Virus record (IMG/VR): IMGVR_UViG_3300028888_001628
Location: 32,001 to 96,000 of that record
Strand: one strand, 5' to 3'
DNA length: 64,000 nt
DNA from: a virus
Taxonomy: Duplodnaviria; Caudoviricetes
Part shown: positions 58,177-64,000 of the stretch, piece by piece
Layout: every line of letters begins with the position of its first letter
How positions within the stretch are numbered: the stretch's first letter is position 1
The notes under the pieces: generated by a model
What the model saw: only the letters and a program-made list of their open reading frames with translations
Database searches by the model: none
Told to the model about the DNA's origin: nothing
Translations under genes and position numbers: made by a program

Positions 58177-60771
58177 ATGATTAGAATAGATGGTCGTGAA
58201 AGCGCGCATTTACGTTCACGTGTAGAAGATCTTAGTCAGGTGCCAAATTTAGTTAGTTATACAGGTTTGTTTGCAGCTGTTACACCTATACAGACCTCTT
58301 CTGTTACAAGACACGGTGAAGGTGAATATTCATATTATGAACCAGTATTAATTAGAGACGTTGATTCTCTAATTAGTATATTTGGTGATCCACGAATCGA
58401 TCCAGAGAAATATATAGATTTATATAGCATTATGCAGATTATTAAATCTGGTGGTACCTGTTACGTCACAAAAGTATATTCTGGTGATACTAATTGTTAT
58501 GACGTTTATGTATCTGAGAAATATGCACATTTCTATGATAGTGATGAAGGCCCAAGTTTACCAATATCAGGTGGTGGCGGTTCACCTATTTATGTTTTAG
58601 TTCGTAATAAAGACACATGGTATTACAACACAACATCTTCTTCAGGTATTCACGTAGACATTAAAAATAAATATAAAATTTTATCAGCTACTGCTACTAT
58701 TACAAAAAATATTGCAACTCTAGGTACAGCATCAAACACTTTAACATTTACACTTAAACCGGGTGTTACTAATATAAAAAATGTTGCGTGTAGTATTAGT
58801 GGTGGTAAAGCTAAATTGAGCTTACAGGATGCAGTTGGCGGAACACCAGCCACGTTTGAATCATTAAACGACACAATTACTTTAGAACAAATACAAAGCG
58901 CTCCAGACTTTGATACTTATGTTAGTGTAAGTGGCACATCTATTACAGTTTCTAGTACAAAAACTGAACCATTTAGTACAAATTCAAGCGATACAGTATT
59001 AACGCCTGATCAGTTCACTTATACGTTTAATCCAGTGTCACACACTGATTATAATCTTTCATTAAAGATTAATGAAGGTGTTTTAGAAGATACGCCTTCA
59101 GCAATGTCAATCGGCTCTACAGTTTTAGATGAAGATTGGAAAGCTACTGCATTACTTAGCAGTGAAGACCCTTTGAGTTTAACTCCTGAGTCTGACACTG
59201 TTTATAAGACAGACAATATTAAACATAAACTTCTTGTACGTGAGATTAAGAACAATAGTGGAAATGTGATTCCATCAAGCAATTATACTGCTGAGACTAT
59301 TGTAGTTGATCCAGACTCTGAAACACCATATAGAATTGTGGTTACATTTAAAACTGCACCAGGAACTAATCCAATAATTACACAGGTTACACTTTCTGAT
59401 GGGGCAGTCATTGAAGCTGAGTCTACCACATCTGATGTTTTAGACATTACAACAAGTATAACAAGATCAAAGCCATACTCAAGTAAAATTTATTATTACA
59501 ACATGGTTGTAAATTTAAATGATGCTCCACTTTGTTCAGCAAAAGTAAAACTTGACGAAGGTTTGGCAAATGGTACTTTCGTTAACAGTTTAAATTCATC
59601 ACTTCGTCCATATTTACAACTTAGATTAGTTGATCAAGACCCTGCATTATCCACTATTGTGGATCAGATGAGGGATTTGTACATACCTATGTTTGAGGAC
59701 GCGTCTCTTACGAAGATAGTATTGCCAGATGCTACAGTACAGGGTAATGCTGCTACAGATAGTTTTTCAGTTACATTCGATTCTTATATTAACGCTATAA
59801 ATCAATATAAAGATCGCAGATACGCTGGTCGAGTAATGGCTGATCTTACTGCGCCTATTACAAACAATGATGGTGATTTAATACATTTACCTGCTGAAGA
59901 ACGTCGTGCTTTACATTATGCTATTAAAGAAGTTGCAAGTGAACGTAAAGATACTATCGCAGTATTATCAACGCCATACTATGATGGTACTTCTATAATG
60001 AGCTTAGATGATGTCTGCAATTGGGTATCATCCAACGGTAAATACTCAGATCTTTGGGAATATGGTACGTCAAATACTACAGAACCAGCTCAACAAAGTT
60101 TTTATCTTGAAATTTACTATTCATGGTTAAATGTGAAATGTGATAAGTTTAAAGATGGCGTTATTAACATTGGTTCACAGACTGTTTTAACTGCACCTGC
60201 TAATATTGTAGTAAATAATATTTTAACTTCATGGCGTGAGCGCGGTGTTCAATATCCAGTTGCTGGTGATCAGTATGGTGTTCTTCCAAGTTATTGCTCG
60301 GTTGTACAGAATCCAAAACTTAAGTCAGATAGAGACCAGTTAGTTCAGTATAGAATTAATCCTATTTATGATACAGGTACAAGAGGCGTTCAGATTTACG
60401 GAAATGAAACATTAAATGCTGGCTATACAGATCTTAACGCTGCACATATCGCAAGAACTCTTGTTTATCTACGAAGTGCTATCGATGAATATACAGAGAC
60501 TCTAAAATTCTCTATTAACAGTCAGTTCTTATGGGATATTTGGAAAAACTATGTGTCACATAATATTCTAGACCCTCTTAAAACTTTAAACGGTATTAGC
60601 GAATATGAAGTTCTAATGGGCCCAGAAACTACTTCACGAGAAGAGATTGCAAATCGCAGAGTCAACGGTGTTGTCCGTGTGATTTTCTATCAGGCTGCTG
60701 AAATATTCAATTTAACGTACACTGTTTATTCATCTTCAACTACGATCGCTGAAGCAACAGCTAATACTTAA
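58177..60771 (+). CDS. Tail sheath protein (T4 gp18-like) with large insertions
   Basis: SIFGDP; ERKDTIAVL; YYSWL; RDQLVQYRINPI; IYGNETL; HIARTLVYL; TLKFSIN. Confidence 0.9.
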   Translation: MIRIDGRESAHLRSRVEDLSQVPNLVSYTGLFAAVTPIQTSSVTRHGEGEYSYYEPVLIRDVDSLISIFGDPRIDPEKYIDLYSIMQIIKSGGTCYVTKVYSGDTNCYDVYVSEKYAHFYDSDEGPSLPISGGGGSPIYVLVRNKDTWYYNTTSSSGIHVDIKNKYKILSATATITKNIATLGTASNTLTFTLKPGVTNIKNVACSISGGKAKLSLQDAVGGTPATFESLNDTITLEQIQSAPDFDTYVSVSGTSITVSSTKTEPFSTNSSDTVLTPDQFTYTFNPVSHTDYNLSLKINEGVLEDTPSAMSIGSTVLDEDWKATALLSSEDPLSLTPESDTVYKTDNIKHKLLVREIKNNSGNVIPSSNYTAETIVVDPDSETPYRIVVTFKTAPGTNPIITQVTLSDGAVIEAESTTSDVLDITTSITRSKPYSSKIYYYNMVVNLNDAPLCSAKVKLDEGLANGTFVNSLNSSLRPYLQLRLVDQDPALSTIVDQMRDLYIPMFEDASLTKIVLPDATVQGNAATDSFSVTFDSYINAINQYKDRRYAGRVMADLTAPITNNDGDLIHLPAEERRALHYAIKEVASERKDTIAVLSTPYYDGTSIMSLDDVCNWVSSNGKYSDLWEYGTSNTTEPAQQSFYLEIYYSWLNVKCDKFKDGVINIGSQTVLTAPANIVVNNILTSWRERGVQYPVAGDQYGVLPSYCSVVQNPKLKSDRDQLVQYRINPIYDTGTRGVQIYGNETLNAGYTDLNAAHIARTLVYLRSAIDEYTETLKFSINSQFLWDIWKNYVSHNILDPLKTLNGISEYEVLMGPETTSREEIANRRVNGVVRVIFYQAAEIFNLTYTVYSSSTTIAEATANT

Positions 60772-60793
60772 TAATATAACTAATTAAAATTCT

Positions 60794-60826
60794 AAACCCT
60801 ACTTTTACAAGTAGGGTTTTTATTTT
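60794..60826 (+). terminator. Terminator after the sheath gene
   Basis: aaaccctactt / aagtagggttt followed by T run. Confidence 0.75.
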
Positions 60827-60906
60827 GCTTTGAAATAATACATTAAGTTGTAAATAGCAGTTCTGTTATTGTATATTACTATTTATTATTTAGGAGGTAA
60901 TTAGAA

Positions 60907-61215
60907 ATGCAACTATCAGATACAATAGAATTCATGGTCTCAAAAGATTGGAAAGAAAGACTAAAGGCTGAATATTGGCAGACGATGATTCGTGCAGCTA
61001 ATCTAGAGAATTACATAAATCAAGATAACAAAACAGATTCATACGCTTCAGGTGTTGACTTGTTACTGTTGACAGTGCAGAGAGATATTATGTATTCTTA
61101 TTTAACATCTCTATATAATAGAATTATTACGCTTGGTTTGAAAGAATATGTTGATGATACTTCAGATATGTGTAGTGTTGAATCAGTGTGCACTTCAGAT
61201 AATACTAGTGAGTAA
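60907..61215 (+). CDS. crAss001_48-like small helical protein
   Basis: DWKERLKAEYWQ...LL..Q...M..Y...L..RI; AGGAGG RBS. Confidence 0.65.
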   Translation: MQLSDTIEFMVSKDWKERLKAEYWQTMIRAANLENYINQDNKTDSYASGVDLLLLTVQRDIMYSYLTSLYNRIITLGLKEYVDDTSDMCSVESVCTSDNTSE

Positions 61216-61220
61216 TTAAA

Positions 61221-61880
61221 ATGTCTTCTAATAATAACATAAACAGAATTGCATTACTATACAAAGACTTATTATCATCATCTATAAAGCCTCTTAGTGA
61301 ATCAGATAAATCTATACTATTAAATATACAACCAATAAATAAAGTAGTCGCAGTGGGTGATATAGATCTTTCTAACTGGAATGCATATGCTCTTACTTAC
61401 CTCTTACACAATAAATTAGTTGCCCCAGTTGTATTAGATGAATCAAAGATTTATCAATCATGGCACGCGATGCGAACACATAATGAGAAAGTGGCTCATC
61501 CACAAACACTTATAAGTCAAAGTGTTGTTATTAGAATAATTGGCCTTGATAATTCTGCAAACATAAATGACTATATAAATTCTTTTATAAATATGTGTAT
61601 AGCGTCAGATGAATGTAAGCTCATATTTGTAGTCGTAGATGGTAATAAGAAATTCTACAAAGATAATATTTATATTAGAAAATCAAACTCTACATTTATA
61701 GAGACTTCTACTGGAAAACCCTATACAGTTGAAAGTACGCCTTTATGTATTTCACCTGATCAGATAGTGTTCTTTAATAGTAATAAGAAATTACAATCAA
61801 AGTCTACAAAGACAAGACAGATATCTATTAAAAATAGTACATCATGCACTTCAATGTTAGACGATAAAGACTTATTCTAA
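61221..61880 (+). CDS. Hypothetical protein
   Basis: 219 aa ORF. Confidence 0.7.
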   Translation: MSSNNNINRIALLYKDLLSSSIKPLSESDKSILLNIQPINKVVAVGDIDLSNWNAYALTYLLHNKLVAPVVLDESKIYQSWHAMRTHNEKVAHPQTLISQSVVIRIIGLDNSANINDYINSFINMCIASDECKLIFVVVDGNKKFYKDNIYIRKSNSTFIETSTGKPYTVESTPLCISPDQIVFFNSNKKLQSKSTKTRQISIKNSTSCTSMLDDKDLF

Positions 61881-62935
61881 TGGGTTTACAGGCTATGAAA
61901 AATTTACATACATTTAAATATAGACGTTTATACACACTCGAAAGACGTATTAAAGAATTAGAAAGTTTACTATTAGAAGGTAAACGAGATCAAGAAATAT
62001 TAAATAATTTTTTAGGCGATGATTACTATAATAAATTTCAAACTATAAAGAATAAAATAAAAGACCCTGAGTACAAAGATATTTATAAAATAATTAAAAA
62101 GGATCCTGATGATGTAAAGAGTTATATTGACACTATACAATCTTCATCTGACAAGAGGCGTGAGGATAAGAAAGGTGCTCAATTACTATATGAAGATGAT
62201 GACTGGAAAGTATATAGAATAACAACTTACCCAGCAGCTCAATTATATGGAAAGAACACAAAGTGGTGTATTACTGGAAGATATCCTGGCGAGGAAGGTA
62301 AAGGTGAAGAATATTTTAATGATTATATAAATGATAACGATTTAGACGGTGGTTATTATTTTTATTTAAATAAAAAAGATCCATTTGAAAAATATTGCGT
62401 TCTTCAAAAAGATAATGGCAAAATACATTCTATCTGGGATGCGAGTGACTCTAAAAGAGGTTCGTTAAATATAAATATAGGCCTTCCAGAGATACCACAA
62501 GTGAATTTTATTAAATCAACATCAGTTGATTTTGGAGGGTATAAGTGGACTAAGATAGGAGAGTTAAATGGTCACTCTCTTTATCTGTGTTATGGAATAG
62601 TAAGAAATATGGCCTTTAATGATTCAAGTGAATCTAATAAATGGAGTGACTCTGACATTTGTAGATGGTTAAACTCTAATTTTTACAGTACTTTACTCCC
62701 TGATGAAAAGTCAAAAATTATTCCTTATAAAGGAGACAAACTATTCTTATTGTCTAAAGAAGAATATAGAAAATTTGAAAACAATATACCTATTATTGAT
62801 AAATCCTGGTGGCTTAGATCATCAAGCAATATGCTCAACTTTGCTGACTATATTAATTATGATGGTAATGTACGAATTTTCGAAGTCGACTCTGGTAGGA
62901 TAAGTGTCCGTCCAGCTGTTTTATTAGATGATTAA
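61880..62935 (+). CDS. Leader-tagged two-domain protein (G-x-x-TKWC/PcfJ-like domain plus DUF6273-like domain)
   Basis: TLERRIKELESLLLEG; YEDDDWKV...YGKNTKWCIT; WLNSNFY...LFLLS...WWLRS...VRPA. Confidence 0.65.
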   Translation: MGLQAMKNLHTFKYRRLYTLERRIKELESLLLEGKRDQEILNNFLGDDYYNKFQTIKNKIKDPEYKDIYKIIKKDPDDVKSYIDTIQSSSDKRREDKKGAQLLYEDDDWKVYRITTYPAAQLYGKNTKWCITGRYPGEEGKGEEYFNDYINDNDLDGGYYFYLNKKDPFEKYCVLQKDNGKIHSIWDASDSKRGSLNINIGLPEIPQVNFIKSTSVDFGGYKWTKIGELNGHSLYLCYGIVRNMAFNDSSESNKWSDSDICRWLNSNFYSTLLPDEKSKIIPYKGDKLFLLSKEEYRKFENNIPIIDKSWWLRSSSNMLNFADYINYDGNVRIFEVDSGRISVRPAVLLDD

Positions 62936-62965
62936 GATCTGTTTTAGATATAATGAGGTTAAAAT

Positions 62966-63637
62966 ATGAATCATAAATTAGAAAATCGAATAGCTCGTCT
63001 TGAACGTATTATTAAAAATGAAAAACACAGATTTAAATCTAAATATGTTTATGAGGCTGAACAACAGTCTAATAACAGGATTGAATTAGGTGGTTACACA
63101 TGGACAAAAATAGGAAATATGAAAGGCTATCCTATTTATTTGTGTGATGAGTTTGTACAGTTGATGGCTTTTGATGGAAGAGAAGAATCAAATGATTGGG
63201 AAGACTCTGATATTCGTAAATGGTTAAATTCTGGTTTTTACAATACTCTATCTACAGAAGAGAAATCTGAGATTTCTCCTTTTGAAGGTGATAGATTGTT
63301 TTTATTGTCTGAAGATGAATATGAAAAGTTTAAGGGTAATATATCTAAGATGAATAATTGGTGGTGGCTCAGAACGTCACTTCCAGATTCAAGTAGTGCT
63401 GTTGCGTTTGTTCATCGAGATGGTGATATTGATTATACATATGCTAACTACCCAAAAGCTGGTGTTCGCCCTGCTGTTTTATTAAACGTAGTAGATAGGG
63501 AAAAATTAGACCAGCTGTTAGATAAAATTAGGGATGCTTACGCAAACTACAAGTCACTATGCAATGATTTTATTGATGAGGGTGGTGATGAAGATGAAAT
63601 TGATGGTATCATCCATGATATAAATCAAGTTCTATAA
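62966..63637 (+). CDS. Leader-tagged DUF6273-like protein
   Basis: KLENRIARLERIIKNE; GGYTWTKIG...WLNSGFY...WWWLRT...GVRPA. Confidence 0.7.
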   Translation: MNHKLENRIARLERIIKNEKHRFKSKYVYEAEQQSNNRIELGGYTWTKIGNMKGYPIYLCDEFVQLMAFDGREESNDWEDSDIRKWLNSGFYNTLSTEEKSEISPFEGDRLFLLSEDEYEKFKGNISKMNNWWWLRTSLPDSSSAVAFVHRDGDIDYTYANYPKAGVRPAVLLNVVDREKLDQLLDKIRDAYANYKSLCNDFIDEGGDEDEIDGIIHDINQVL

Positions 63638-63712
63638 TATAAAAATAGAAAAGTATATAAATTTTATAAATATATAATTGTATATTATTTAAATAAAATT
63701 ATGAGGTAAGTT

Positions 63713-64000
63713 ATGATTAAAAGAAAAGCTACTTTAGAACAACGTATTAGTCGTCTTGAACGTGCATTACGAAAGAATGAAGGTTTTGGTTATAGATTAA
63801 AACCAGGTGATGTAGTTGAAGATGTGGACGGGAGAACAGGTGTTGTTGCTGCAGTTGGCCTAGCTGGAAATCTGTTTAAGAAATTTAGATCTAGATTATG
63901 TGATAGCAGTATTGATGAGATTATGGATCTTATGAGTGAAGATCCAAGTTGGGAATCAATTAGCGATTGTGTTGTAGTTTGTTATGATGACACATCTGAT
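63713..64000 (+). CDS. Leader-tagged protein (partial, runs off the window)
   Basis: MIKRKATLEQRISRLERALRKNEGFGYRLKPGDVV...; GAGG RBS; TTGTATAT at 63678. Confidence 0.8.
   Translation, partial: MIKRKATLEQRISRLERALRKNEGFGYRLKPGDVVEDVDGRTGVVAAVGLAGNLFKKFRSRLCDSSIDEIMDLMSEDPSWESISDCVVVCYDDTSD

Noticed and set aside
169-58874. All minus-strand and nested short ORFs in the supplied track (for example 6215-6799, 4642-5187, 41878-42315)
   Set aside because: They are antisense or alternate-frame shadows of well-supported + strand genes, with no recognisable motifs; the Ser run in 6215-6799 mirrors the EDDL repeat
61221-61880. DnaC-like helicase loader
   Set aside because: Only a vague alpha/beta pattern; no Walker A or B motif
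62800-63490. Diversity-generating retroelement suggested by the paired WWLR...VRPA regions
   Set aside because: Differences between the copies are not confined to adenines, both copies are coding, and no reverse transcriptase or template repeat is present in the window

Overview
AT-rich (about 30% GC by eye) 64 kb segment of a large T4-like contractile-tailed phage, probably a jumbo phage. Essentially all real genes are on the + strand and use genetic code 11. Virion genes: portal, prohead protease, major capsid, neck/gp13-15-like, tail tube, two tail-sheath paralogues, gp26/gp51-like hub proteins. These are interleaved with replication and repair genes (DnaX-like clamp loader, probable sliding clamp, DnaB helicase, split primase, RecA, split SbcC plus SbcD, 5'-3' exonuclease, SNF2 helicase, HU), metabolic genes (glyA, deoxynucleoside kinase, deaminase) and an amidase. 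No DNA polymerase, large terminase, tape measure, integrase, reverse transcriptase or CRISPR array was recognised. The most striking pattern is a short coiled-coil peptide, L-E-x-R-I-x-[RK]-L-E, usually followed by a prohead-protease-type site (KNE/INE/LLE). It sits at the N-terminus of nine proteins with at least seven unrelated bodies, including two ADP-ribosyltransferase-like proteins, and near the C-terminus of probable scaffold proteins. I infer a modular capsid-packaging and maturation tag for proteins delivered with the DNA. Other notable elements: a hidden +1/-2 frame gp51-like ORF behind a T7C slippery run, a tRNA-like RNA lacking its anticodon arm, an iteron/AT-rich candidate origin, a homing endonuclease ending in a copy of its neighbour's C-terminus, and a stereotyped intergenic hairpin plus TTGTATA/TATATCTA grammar. 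All protein calls come from motif recognition by eye, not database searches.
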